From Amphiscolops sp. MND2022 (Eukaryota), in assembly GCA_964187785.1 (NCBI GenBank), contig OZ076409.1, forward strand, positions 63,118,001-63,182,000: a DNA stretch of 64,000 bases, read 5' to 3'. The stretch's first letter is position 1. Each line of letters opens with the position of its first letter. Positions 1-12,902 of the stretch are shown here, piece by piece. Both the position numbers and the translations under genes were made by a program. The notes beneath the pieces were generated by a model. That model was not told the origin of the DNA, did not search any database, and worked only from the letters and a program-made list of their open reading frames with translations.

Positions 1-3000
1 TTTACTCACGCAATATACTGCAGTAGTATGAATAAAAAACCTTGATGAATCTTAGTTTCAATAAATTGTATTAGATATTTCAGGAAGGTGAAATTATACT
101 ACATTACACTGCAAACCGGGTTCAGCATTTGTGCTAAGCGTCCAAAATCCACGTACAGTATCACTGTACTAACGCTTCGTACAGTTTGTTCTTTTCTCTA
201 TTAACTGCAGTAGGTGGTTATATGTAGTTGTCAGGCAAGTAATATGCACTCTACTCTCATACCTATGCATGAATAAAAATGTTGGTAAGTATTACATGAC
301 ATAATTAGTTTATGAAGGTCATCATGGCTGTTTTCAAGATATCATATATAAATTTACTTTTCTCAGTTACATATTGTAACACGTTTTGAATATAAATGGT
401 TTGAAGGTGGCTATAAGCCTTTTTGCTTTCGTCTCTGCTCTCCGGTTCCGACGCAATTTCTAGGCTGCTACCAAAAATTTTGAGACGTCAATCGATGAAA
501 ATCTTTTATTTACAGCAGCTAACACATTTTAGCTTACGCAGAAATATTACTGAAATCGAATTTTGTTTGTATAAGTTTTTTTTCATCAAGGACATACGTT
601 TGATTGTTCGAAGCTCACCAACGCATGTGTTCGATCAAATTACCATAACGATTAGCCGCGCGAATAGCAACGCTTCTCCTCTACTTCTAGTGCCGTGAAT
701 GCAGGGCTGAAGCCAAACGGAGTCACGTACCATCTGTGGTTCAGCGGTTGACTCTGACGAAGGCCGCCGTGTCGGAAAGAGGAAGGAGGTGTCACACAAT
801 AAGTTCTGCTGTGGAAACTTTAAATTTGTATGACAACTGAAACTCTTTTCATTTTAAGGTTATTTGCTCTTATGCTATTCGGTACGTAATCATGAATACG
901 TATGAACAGCACGGTCAATAGAAACGGATTGTTTTTTTTTCGTTTAGATAAATGACTTTCTCATCTGTGCTGGTTGTCCCATCAGATTCGTTTGCTCCAG
1001 TGATTGGGTCTGTAGTGTTCACTTCATCATTTGTCGCTTCGTCATCTTCAAAATGAAAATCCTACAGGGTTACTGTATCATAATAAAAAATCGTATACTG
1101 ACTGGTTCGCGTCTGATGGTAAAGGTTCCTTTCTAATTGTTTAGGATTGATAGTTTCGAGATTGCTGTTTTTGTTGCTTATTCTTATCATGTGGATTTTT
1201 CTGATTGTCTTCTTTGTGTCTTCCAATTGCGAACTGCCATGATTTTGACATCCCTTTTTAAGTTTTCAACAACTGGGGAGTCAGTTGCTTCTCTACTCCA
1301 GATTTTCTTTCTTCTCTCCTTTTGTGTGAATAGCTTGGTGTTTCCGAATGTCTCTCAAAGCTCCAGTCCAAATTGTTACCATCTGTTCTCTCATGTACAA
1401 GCTGTTTTTAGCATTTTTTCCTGACTTGTTTGATACTTCGTCTCTCTCCATCGAAGGTTTTGGCGGTCCACGTTGAACAATTTTTTCCTGTCTTTCTGTT
1501 CGCTGTAAAAATTAACCATCTAGTCCTCTTAGGTTCTCTTCGTTTTCTGGACAGAGGAGTATAACAAAAGCACTTTGGCAGGGAGATATTTTTCATTCAG
1601 GTTCAATGATTTTTCCCTAATTGGTAAAATCACAAACACAACATTGTATTTTTTTCAAAAATTTGTTTGTTTAAAAGAAGTAGCACAGTTGAAGTTATTC
1701 AAACGTGTCTTCGAAAAACGCGTTTCATAAAGTGAGAACATCAAAAAACCGAAGCAGCAAATCCAGAATGAAATAAGTCACACAGTCAAAAAAGACTCTA
1801 TTTTCCCACAATCCTTGAGAAAACGTTTATCAGTTTGACAAGACCGAAATTAACGAAAGACGTAACCCCTAAGACTCGGAAAACGGTTTCGCTTATTTCT
1901 TAAAGTAATATCCAGTTGTCAATACACACTAATTTGTTTACGATGTTTTTCGTGTTCGCTGCTATTATGTGGTTTCAGTTACAGCAATTCGTGACTTTGT
2001 TTCGTAAAACTGTGGAGTTGAAGTTTCGAATTAAACCAAGATTTGGGAGTTTAAACAGTTTCGCGTTTCTTCCGGTGCTATGGGCGGGCAGTAATAACGT
2101 CTATGGAATGACGTCTAAGTTCAAAAAGCGAATAATGTCTGAATGTCTGCTCATTCCCTACCTTTATGCATTGAATTTTGGACGTCCGAGGTTGCAGACT
2201 CGCAAACGTTGAATATTTCTGTTAGGATGGCCTTGTGGTTATGGACGTGCTTTTGGGTCTTGCGTTTGAAGACAGATCCCTGCAGGTATCAGTTTTGGCT
2301 ATTTAGAATTTTTGTCTGAAAAACTTGAAAAAACGAAAGCTTTTACGATTTCTTTATAACTTGTAGAATTATTTCATGTCCTCCTTCATATTTGGAGTAT
2401 TAAGAGCGGTGCTCATATCGTACTTTCTCCTTATTGCTGAAAAAATGGTAAATATTTTTGTTTTCTGTCCTTTATGACCAGTAATGTCTTGAGCCTACAT
2501 GTTAACTTGAAAATTACGACAGAAAACCAGGAATTATCAACATGATTTGTTCTTCTCAGTTGATCATTTTAGGGTAGTCAAAATTTCCTAGAAGGTTACT
2601 GGTTTTTGTTCTGTCAATGCAGCGTAATTGCAAATTTTTAAATAGTTAGTTCGTGTGACAGATAGTGCTAACGTCACCTTGTCACTTTTACATCTGTTTT
2701 TAAACTTCACTTCGTACGTCTACAACTTGTCAGTCGTACGCGTTTTAAACATTAGAAACAAGAAACATTGACAGATTTAGTTTTGGCTAATAATCCGATT
2801 GAGGCAATTATGTCTCAAAAAGTAAATGTATATCCAGGTTATCAATTTTGATTTCCCCTCTATAATTAGGTTCACTGATTATATCAACCCCCTATCCCGC
2901 TTTATATAATTATAAAACATTTATTTTAGGAAACAAAAACGTAAAGTTTCAATTTTAAAAAGTGTCAAATTGTTTCAAAAGCAGCTAAGAAGAAATGGGA

Positions 3001-3812
3001 TTGGAATTTGATGTATTTATTGACCCGATTTTTTCCGTCATCCAATAATTCACCGCTTAGGAACGGTGCTGCCATAATGCCGGTTGTTGCCTGCGCGCAG
3101 GTATTACGGAAGACTTTTGGGAGCAGCTTTTGTGCGGGAAAACAAAGAAATCTTTGTTGGATAGCAATCTGGATTGTTTGGGATTGAGCCAATACAAATA
3201 GTCTACAAGTGCGGCTTAAAAATCAACCAGGCGAAAAAATGATTGACGATCATTCTTTTTTTCATGTGCATTTTGCGTTACAGTGCCTGCTACATTTATT
3301 CTATATTTATTGTACTCCTTCTTTTGTAATTTGCGCCCCAAGTAGCGACGGTGGCCAATGAAGCATGACTTAAAATTCCCATTCCTTTCCACTGCTCTTT
3401 ATGAACATACGTCAAAAAGTCATCACGCAAAAACGCCAAAAGTGTGATCAAATCGATATCGGTTGGGCTGTTTCCGTGTAGTGATTAATCAATCAAGCTT
3501 AGCTTCTATAAAAAGACGTTAATTCTAGTCTTAAATCATGACATCCACTAAAAGCTGCGTGTGCAGAGGAGCCATCCTTTTTTCATTGTTAAGACCCCCT
3601 TCAAGAAATTATATTGTACATATATGATTTGATATGCATGCCCTTATAAGCTGCAAATCAGCTCTCATTTAAACCAAGCAGTTTATAGAACGCGTTTGTA
3701 AATGCAGTAATGAAATTCAACAAATTACCTGGTACTCCAATCGAAAGTTATAGTTTTTTTGTACAAAATGTTAAGTTTATTATATTTTGTCACGTTTTCT
3801 CTTCTTTTCCAG

Positions 3813-4234
3813 GGATTTCTGCAACCCGAATCCATGCGTGCATGGAAAATGCATCACCGATGGACCCAGTACTTACAAATGCACTTGCGATGACGGCTGG
3901 CTGGGAAGAAATTGCGAAATAAAGGATAAATGTAAGAGCGACATGCCATGTAAAAATAACGGAGAGTGTCACATGGACGTGGAGCAAAGAACGTACAACT
4001 GCGAGTGTCCCAAAAACAGCGGGTATTGGGGCAGAAACTGTGAATTTTTTAACGAGTGTGTCAACAACCCTTGTCAACACAACGGGGAGTGTCGAAATAT
4101 GACCTACAGTCGGAACGGGCATGAGGAATACACATGTACCTGTACGGGCAATTTCGTGGGCAAAAATTGCGAGTTCTGGGATAACTGCAAAACCGCTGGC
4201 TACTGCGAGTATCAGGGCGAATGCGAATTTAAAG
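3813..4234 (+). CDS. Exon of multi-EGF-repeat protein (first exon visible in window; 3 EGF repeats plus half of a fourth)
   Basis: Polypyrimidine+AG acceptor at 3811-3812 and GT donor at 4235. Translation DFCNPNPCVHGKC...YKCTCDDGWLGRNCE... shows canonical 6-Cys EGF spacing. Starts in phase 2, so upstream exons are outside the window or were not seen. Confidence 0.9.
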
Positions 4235-4557
4235 GTGAATATTCACTTCTAGGTTCTGGAAAATTAGTTATCATTGTTCGATGATGTAATTAGATACAGT
4301 TCTTGAAATATGGAAATAGGTTTTATCAGAGCCGGTCTAGTATTATTTACGACTAACTTTTGTAAAATGACATTTTATAAGAATGGTACTGAAAAAATGA
4401 AATTTTAATTTGAATGCGTCACAGAAAAGCCCGAACATCTACATAGTAATGATACACATCTGTTTAAAAACGTTTACGGTCAAGTGATTCAAGAACGAAG
4501 CCAAAGTTGAATCTCTCACAAATGGGCGGAATGAACTCTCTTTTCATGAAGCATTTG

Positions 4558-5015
4558 AACCAGCCGAGACCGGCCCAAGTCGGCGCCATATATAAGGCTC
4601 AAAAATAGCAAAAAGATTTCAAAATGGCAAGGTATTGGTGAATTGGGGACCCTTTTATGAAAAAAAACTTTTGAAAAAAAGTCTCACAATGCCGAAAAAA
4701 AAATGAAAAGGGGGACCCTTTGGGATTTTTCAACATCCATTCTGTCGCAAAACTCCAAAAAAATTGAACGGGAACCCTTTGGAGAAAAAATTTTTGCCGA
4801 AAAAATCTCGCAATGTCGAAAAAAACTGAAAGGGGGACCCTTTGGTCTCGTCCGGTTTTGTATGTTACTCGGGAAACCTTTTTGGTTCAGTTCCTTGGGC
4901 CAACGAGTACAATTTGGCGTCTTATTAAAATTTTGTAGAACTTTTGGGGTATAACTATTTTGGTCACTTCAGGTGTATCGAAATGAAAAATTCAAAAAAA
5001 GCGCCGACTAAAAAA
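4558..5015 (+). repeat. Dispersed non-autonomous element (HINE/DINE-1-like family), full-length-like copy
   Basis: Begins aaccagccgagaccggcccaAGTCGGCGC and ends GCGCCGACT (short subterminal inverted repeat). Internal AAGGGGGACCC repeats. Reverse-complement homolog at 43990-44485. Confidence 0.7.
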
Positions 5016-6789
5016 GAGTCTATTCCGTCCATTTGTGAGAGATTCAACTTTGGCTTCGTTCTTGAATCACTTGACCGTAAATCACTTTCCCATCGGTCAA
5101 AATTTTTATGGACTTTTTGGGAAAATTCTCAGAAGACGGTTATTTTTCCTCACAGTTGGTTATCGGTAGTCCTTTGGTGGCCAACCGTGAAAACTGAAAC
5201 TCTTCGTGGTTATCACAGGTTTCTGAGAAACGCAGATTCCCCAAACTTTGTAACCAATTCAACCCAGTTTTCCCGAATTTTAAAAACGAATTTTCTCGCA
5301 ATACTCTTAGGGCGGAGTCCAGAAAAATACAACAGGTCATAATGTAACGCTTTCAAACAGCTACTAGAGAAAAATACGTGCATCTCTTATTCAAACTGCT
5401 TGAACTTTTCAGTCTTTGATGGTTTCCCGCAAGTGTTTGTTTACTAAGAATGTTTAAAACTCTACAGAAAAGTCCATGGAATTTTAAGCCCTGAAGTTTC
5501 GCAGTTTTCGTATTGCATCAGTTGTTTTTAGTTGCTGCTGGTAATTCTTCATTTTATCGCTACTTTAATGCAAAATAATTCCAGTTACTTAATAAACTGC
5601 AAATAAGTGTCACATACAGCGTGCAATTTGAGAAATGGTGATGACAGTCTTGCGATTAAAGCCTGGAGTCAATGTTTGGAACACTTTATTTTTTGCCAAT
5701 ATCTCTGAAACTATTGATATTCAAAAAAATCCTTCAACAAAAGTTTCTCGAAATTTAATTTAATTTACCTTCGTGTTTGTTTGAAACTTCTATGACAAAC
5801 TTTAGCTCTGAATACCTCTCTATGTAAAATTTGGTAAACAAACCAAGCTTTTCGATTTTGTCAATTTACAAGTTTTGATTAGTTTTTGTTCATCAACCAG
5901 TTCATCACTGTCCAATGATTGCACTTTCAAACTTAGTATTTACACATCAGAAGAAAATCGCTAATCTCCACTGAATTAATTCCGGTACATATATGAAGAT
6001 TGGTAATAGAGTTAAAAGGTATAGATTGGTGAATATCTTCTTATATGTACGCTCCAGGTAACTAAAATGTTTGAGAGTAATTAGTGAATATTGGGCACTT
6101 TGAACAATATGAAAAAATAACAAATAACCAGCTCCTGATTTTCGACTCTGCAAGTGAATTTCCAAAGCTTTACATGCAAACTTGTCTCGTACTAGTCTTA
6201 AGACTTACAAAAGTAAAGGAATGTAAACTAGACTGTTTTTGAGAAATTCGTAACGTCTTTAGGCGTTCCAATTTTAATAACCAAACAGGGGTTCCATTCG
6301 TTTATCACAGGACTGTACATCAGATTACTAGTTGGAAAATCAAGGTGAATACAACGTGATTTGGTCAGCAACTTTTGTTTTTTTTTTGCAATAGTGGAAA
6401 CTGAAGAAGTAGTCTCACAATAAATACCACCGGATACTAACTCAATTTTTTAGGTTTCAAAGAGAAGTATCCTACATGTAGGATTTCAGCTTTCAGAAGG
6501 TTCCACCAGTCTCGACTAGGTATTACACTTCAATCGTCGTACGATCAATGGTATATGTAATTGTTGATTTAACTACCGCATTGATATTTTGTTGATATGG
6601 CATTTTGGAACGTTGGTGTCTTGGTGTTCAAACAAAGCCAGTACTCCAACATTGTTTTTTCACACGTTCAGTTCATTGTTATTTTCCGCCCACATAAATG
6701 GGGGAGTAAAATCATGATCTGTGTTGCGTTTTTTTTTACAAATTCTGCCAAATCTCCACTTTTGTTTTACTCCAATTAGTAAAACGATA

Positions 6790-6870
6790 AACTAGTCACA
6801 GTTTATGGTGCGTCTGCCTGTCAGGCACGAGGTCATGTGTTCGAATCCGGGCTCGAGCGTTACTTTTTTA
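6790..6870 (+). repeat. tRNA-derived (SINE-like) fragment
   Basis: B-box-like GTTCGAATCC preceded by a degenerate A-box and followed by a T-run; no convincing cloverleaf. Confidence 0.35.
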
Positions 6871-7763
6871 TAGCGGAAAATATCACGGTGCTTAGCGGGC
6901 GTCTTGTTGAAGATGTGGCGTTTTGACGTCCCTCTGTAGTTTGTGTAGAACGATTTAAACATCGTCCTAAAAGTTTGGAGAATATTTGATGAGATCTGGT
7001 AGAATTTTTCAAACTTTGCAGATTTCTAGTAATCTGAAGTGTGGAGTGTATTGTACATGAAAGAAGACCCACTACCTTACCGACATCCGACACTTATCTC
7101 CTTTTGTTGGGTGCCCTTCCGCTTTCATTTTCGATACTACTGAGTTAGCAGTGACAAACCTCTTAAAAATAACGCAACTTTAAGTGTCTGGGTGGAATTT
7201 AAGTACCTCCAAGTATATCGAGTTCTCTTTCTCTCAGCCGCCCTGCGAGAAATTTTCCCTCTTTGAGAGACTTCACATGTCAGTTGTAACTGTTTCATGC
7301 TTTCATTGCCAGGAAGGGAAGACTTGGTTATCAATTTTTAAAAGTGAAAATTTTGTAGAGGTAGTTTTTTGTCGACACATTTCGTATGTATTAATGACAG
7401 ACTCTCAGTGTGTGTGTCTTTTTCTTTTTTCTTATCAGGTAACAAATCTCACACTGAATTGTCCTTTAAGTATTTCTTAGATTTACTGTGTCCTCGACTC
7501 TATTGTGGACCAAAAGAAGGGTCCCCTTTGAGTTTTTTGGCCCAGTGTGACTGTCGAAAAAATACTTTACCAATCTTTTTGATTGCTTCTGTTAGAGAAA
7601 AGCGTTCGAAAGGGTATTTTTGTCGCTATGATATTTGTGAGATTTTCGTTGAAAACGCCCTGAGTATACTTTAGAAACTTTGCGCTTTTTGAGGGCCAAT
7701 TTTAGACGTTATCGTCTTATTAAATTTCAGTTTTTGAAAAGGTTATTGTTTTTTTTCCTGTAG

Positions 7764-8049
7764 AACACAACATATCTATCTGCAAATGCCGCACGGGGTA
7801 CTACGGAGAGAAATGCGAGAATTACAATGTATGTGAGATAAACGACCCGTGCAAGAATGGGGCTATATGCAAGCCAGTAGGGGATAATGGCTACAAGTGT
7901 TCCTGTGTGGGGGGATACTCGGGGCTGAACTGCGAGTTATTCGACCCCTGCCAGAATTCACCCTGTCAGAACGATGGCATTTGCACACCCACCGATGACG
8001 TGCTGGGCAAGTACAAGTGTGATTGCGCAACACCCTTTTATGGCGAGAG
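7764..8049 (+). CDS. Exon of multi-EGF-repeat protein (missed by ORF track)
   Basis: ttttcctgtag acceptor; phase 1 matches the donor at 4234. Translation EHNISICKCRTGYYGEKCENYNVCEINDPCKNGAIC...CATPFYGER completes the split EGF repeat. GTGAG donor at 8050. Confidence 0.9.
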
Positions 8050-8453
8050 GTGAGCAAAATGTTCACATTGTTCCATTCAAAGGTTTTCAAACGTTGCCAT
8101 TCCGGGACTCGAGCTATGAACCTACTGATTTCAACGTCCAGTTTCAATGGTTTTGCGTTGTAACTAACTTCGATGGAACTTTCAAATTACTTAAGCGTTT
8201 AGAAAAACTCATTTTCATTATAGTTCATTGAAATGTAAGGCCTTTTGCTTCACTTTTCAAAATTCTTCTCTCCTTAGTGTTTTAAAGAAGAAGATCTAAG
8301 CAATAACTTTGTACTGCTGAAAAACTGGAAAACTTCAAAAATATCTCTGCTTCTTGTTCATGTCAACATGAAGTTTTTAAATCTTTGTCATCTGAATTGC
8401 TCACTATTCTCATTGGTTAGAATTTTGGTTAGAATTAACTTTTCTTTCTTTAG

Positions 8454-8748
8454 GTGTGAAAGGCAGAACTACTGCGAGAAAAAGGGTGCAAGCATTTGCC
8501 CAGAAGGATACAACTGTAAAAACATGACTACCATGCATTTTGTGTGTGCCCCTACAAGCAGTAAAGTCTTAGAGGGACCCTGTTTGACCTCCTATGACTG
8601 CATGCATAATGGGGTCTGCCTTAAATCTGGCAAGTGTGACTGCAAGTCTCCCTATAAGGGATCCAGATGTCACGAGATCGAACCCTGCAAGGACCCAAGT
8701 GTTTGTTCGTCCAATGGCGAATGTATATCCAGGAGTGATACTTCTGAG
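8454..8748 (+). CDS. Exon of multi-EGF-repeat protein
   Basis: ttctttctttag acceptor; phase 2 matches. Translation RCERQNYCEKKG...CLTSYDCMHNGVC...CKDPSVCSSNGECISRSDTSE. GTTAG donor at 8749 (phase 0). Confidence 0.88.
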
Positions 8749-11159
8749 GTTAGCAACAAAACTCAAACTGATTATTGTTTTCCGTCCATATCCATATGAA
8801 AGAAAAATATTTAAATCTGCCGCGTTTTTTCCAAAATTTGCAATGTTTAAAAATTATACCAAGGGTGAAGGGTTTCAATCAGTGAATTCAACTGACGTAA
8901 ATTTACTTTCATGCAATGTGTGTTTGTGGATTTTTGGACTTTTATGATTTTACCCCCAAAGATCCCAGAATGGCACAAAATGATACCAAATGTCACCAAA
9001 ATTCCAAAAAGTTTCTAAATTTTGACTTTCAAGGTAATTTTTATCAAAATAATTATCGTAAATAACATAATAATTATCAAACTATTCAAAGTTTTCGTGG
9101 ATCAGAACTTTGCAACCCTCAACAATTAAATCTGTTGACCAGTAACCATCTGAATTGATAAATGCAATTTTTTGATAGAAATGTGCTCTAATTTGACCTC
9201 AAAAAAGTCAACAGAAGACAAATTTTTTTAGCTTTTGTCAGTTTGTCATGCAATTTATGAACAATGTTTGAAGGTTTCTGAGAGTTGGAGGTTCAAGACA
9301 TTTGAAGACGAACAAACCAGCAATGCAGTTTTCATTTTTCTTACAGAATTGTAGTGTTTTGCATCAAAAACAGTTCAGAATGACCACAATGAGTCGGAAA
9401 ATGAAGAAATTCATTTTTCGAAAGTTTTTTCTGCAAACTTGGTGGAAGGTTTCATACGTTTCTAGGGTGACATTGTGGAAAATAATCAAGAACGACTGCC
9501 GTTGATACCAAGGAGGCGTTTTGGTAGAGATATTCACCGAACTGTTGTTCGAAAAGACTCAAATTGACCAAAAAACCAAATTATCGAAATTTTCTATTTG
9601 TTGAAGAGTTTAGTGATTGTTTGTAAAAAAAATTGCAAGGTGCATGGTTCTAATAGCTCGAGACGAACTATGCAGTACGCCTTTTAAAAGAAAACTTTGT
9701 ATTTTTTCAGGTAGATCAGGATCTCAGAATGACCCCAAGAAGTCTATAGTCCCAAACTTTTCCGAATTTCGAGTTTTGTTAAATTTGAGGAAAAAAACTT
9801 TCAACAGCAAACAAACGCTTTATGAAAATTAATTGAAGCTTAACGTTAGACAAGAGCCTCAAAATAACGCCAAAATAGTTCTTACACCTAGTTTACACAT
9901 TGTTTCCACATTTTTACACATAGTTCACACATTTTGCAAATTTCAGAACAACTTTGAAACGTTTCGTGATTTATATTGTTTGAAAACGTTAAGAAAGAAG
10001 AGTAAGATATGTTATTTACTTTTTTGATGCAAAATTTGCAGCTCTGTGATGAAAAATTAGAAAAACTCAAAAAAGTCAAAAAACCGGAAACTATACATTC
10101 GACCTTTTTCTATCAAGTTTCTGTAGAACTTCAGAGAAACTTCGTAGTGTAGAATTTTTAAAAAACTGAACGACGAATGACGTAGTTCTCGAGTATATTT
10201 TTTGGTAGCGATACGTGCTATTTGTGTCGAAAACGTGCCTCAAAAAGATGCCCAGGTAACTTCAAAGTTATAATGAAGCGATCAGGCAGTTCAAAAATTC
10301 CTGTCAAAAAAAACTATTTATAAATTACCGTTTCTCAAAACACAAGCTTGGGAGTGGCGTAAACTTTTAACAGCTTTTCGTTCTCTGTTCTCCAATTTCT
10401 TTTGTGCGTTTGAAAGAAACGTAGCATAGCATGTTGAAATTGCTCAACGACGGTAACGAATTCATCCTGTACGCTTTTTCACAAGATACATGCAGTTTGT
10501 GTGAGGAAATAGTCTTATGAGTCGAAAGTTGTGATTTTTCAATTGCATTTACCGTAAGACACTCAAACCATTTCGTGTTTAAATAGTCAAGTTGTTCGCG
10601 GAGGAATAAACCAAAAATCAAGTAGGCTTTTTTGATAGAATAACTGCAGTTTTTTGTTACAGCAGGCCACAAAAACACGCTAAAGCAACAATTAACAGAG
10701 GGTTTTTTTGACAAGCTAGACACAATTTTTTTTATATTCATTATTTTTTTCAGAGTTGAACTTTCATCGACCTGAACGTTGAAACAATGGGCAATTCAAA
10801 ACGCTTTTCTGGAAATAATTTGTACGTAGTTCCTCGAACAGATTCTCAAAGAGTCAAAATTTTCTGAGTTTTCCATATTGGGACAAATTACTCCCAAATT
10901 TTCCGAACGTTTTTTAGAATTACAATCTTCTATAGAAGCTATATAATGTAGCTATCAGAGTACAGGTATAACATTAAAGTTGGACAAAATCGTTGTCGGA
11001 AAACTTTTTTTCCTTTTTCGAGACCATTGCTGCCAATTATTATTCACTAGCATCGGATTAAATAACTAGCAACAGTAGGCCTTTTGAAGGAACATTTGAC
11101 ATTTTCTAGGTAGAAAAATAATAACTGCAGAATGGACCAATGTCCAAAAACGTCTGACA

Positions 11160-11430
11160 ATTTCGGTCGACGCATTTTCCTCATGTAAAAAAACACGACT
11201 TTTACAAGGGCTAGTTTTTTTATTTTCGTCAGACCACAGAGCTCGCCCTGTGTATCACTTTTTAGTACAGAGAATAATCAGATCAGTGGGAAACCAGCGG
11301 GCACTGGTTCGAGTCCCCGCTTTAGCCTGAAACTTTTTCGTGCCTTTGCAAAATTGGACGAAACTAAAGGGTCCTCCATTTCGAGTTTTGTTGACACTGC
11401 CACACTTTTTATCAAAATTATTTTGTCTCA
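11160..11430 (-). repeat. HINE-like repeat, left part, split by the LTR element (continues at 29179-29660)
   Basis: GTCGACGC at 11166-11173 is the inverted complement of GCGTCGAC at 29632-29639. Joining the flanks restores the family motif tgtctca-aagggtcccc. Confidence 0.65.
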
Positions 11431-11831
11431 TGTGATGCCATGATGCATGTCCTCAAAGATTCTATAAATCTGAAATACTCTGAACTCTTAACCAAAGCAA
11501 TTAGTAAATATATTCTAATTTGGAAGCTAAGAAACTTCATTTAATATATCCTGTACCAAGCTTCCCCGATTCATCCTGTTGCTGTCACATTGTTAATTGA
11601 TGAAACCTACCCTAGTTAATAGAATATATCTACTCGGAGAAATTGAGAATTCTTCCTAACAATCGGTCTTCCTCCCGCAATTCGAGAACTGAGATCTCAA
11701 AAATAGATTGTACTCAGAACTAGCTAGCTACAAGATATAAGACAAGACGACTCCGCTGTTAAAATCTTAGACTTCTTATGTCAGTAATAAAACTTCTAAA
11801 AGAAACCACCACACAACTTTTTAACAGCTCA
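11431..11831 (+). repeat. 5' LTR of Gypsy element
   Basis: tgtgatgccatg...ttaacagctca; 3 substitutions versus the 3' LTR by eye; AATAAA near the end. Confidence 0.95.
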
Positions 11832-11833
11832 AT

Positions 11834-11846
11834 TGGTGCGACCAAG
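11834..11846 (+). promoter_or_regulatory. Putative primer-binding site
   Basis: TGGTGCGACC 2 nt after the 5' LTR (TGG pairs with tRNA CCA); the priming tRNA was not identified. Confidence 0.6.
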
Positions 11847-12902
11847 AAAATTCTTCTTTCTCTCCCATTCATTTCACACATTTACAATTGTTGTACACCT
11901 TTTCTCGACTTTCTCATTCGATATCTCTTTGTTCGACACACAGTTTTTCCACCTCTCAATATCGCATACCGTTACTAACTTCAACGTTGCAACCAATTTC
12001 TATTTGAAATTGATCCGTGTTGCTATGGTTCTGACTGCGTTTCTCAACGTAATTCCTGTCAGTCATATTTCTTGGTTCTGACTACGTGTCTTGACGTAAT
12101 TCCTGTCAGTAAATTTTTCGTTCCAACCACCTCCGAGTGAATTCGTGTTGGCTTTCTTTCTTCCGTTCCAACCGCAGACGTGCGATACGTGTTGGCCCTT
12201 CTACAGTGCTATCCAGCGATTCCTGCTAGTAGAAATCTCCTTGGTTCTAGCCGCTTGGATCAACTTTAAAGTTGGCACACCTATATAACACATATTTTCT
12301 ACATAACATAATTATAATACTTTTCTTGTTCTCTCTTCTATACTACACACAATATACAAAACTCTTTTAAAACTAGCTTACGGATCCAAATACATAACAA
12401 ATAAAATATATAACACATACATCACATATTTATTTATATAACTTTCATTTTTTCATACACCTATATAAAACAAATTCTAATACAACCTCTTGGACACATT
12501 CTTCATTGTTGATGCCGCCTTCAGTAGACACTGTAGTTAAACTCATTGTCTGCTTTTGGTTCTTTGTTGCTATCGTTGCCGGTCTTGCACTTTTTCTGGA
12601 CAAATTCTTAATTTCATTCATACCAAAATTTTGAAGTACAACCTTTTTCTTCTATGTTAACAAGCATAGTACTACCTCTTTTTGGACTACATAGTATTTA
12701 CCACACTTTCCATACACTTATCCAATATATACAAAACCCATTCCTTCTCTCTATAAGTATTGCACTTACTATTTTCTTACAAGTTGTTTTCATAGATCAA
12801 ATTTTACCATATAATTCACAATTCAATACAAAATATCTTCTTTTCCGATACATCTATCCTTTATGGCAATCTTATTGTACTAACCAAACTTAATATCATA
12901 TA

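Noticed and set aside
748..785. CTGACGA...GAAA resembling a hammerhead ribozyme core
   Set aside because: Could not form convincing stems II and III or locate the cleavage triplet by eye.
930..1600. Possible minus-strand coding exons (acidic DFHFEDDEATNDE..., K/R-rich frames)
   Set aside because: In-frame stops, a very short putative intron and no recognisable domain; at most a decayed fragment.
4703..5342. ORFs with GGPFG/RGTLW motifs (also 43935-44583, 41120-41329)
   Set aside because: Translations of the non-coding HINE-like repeat.
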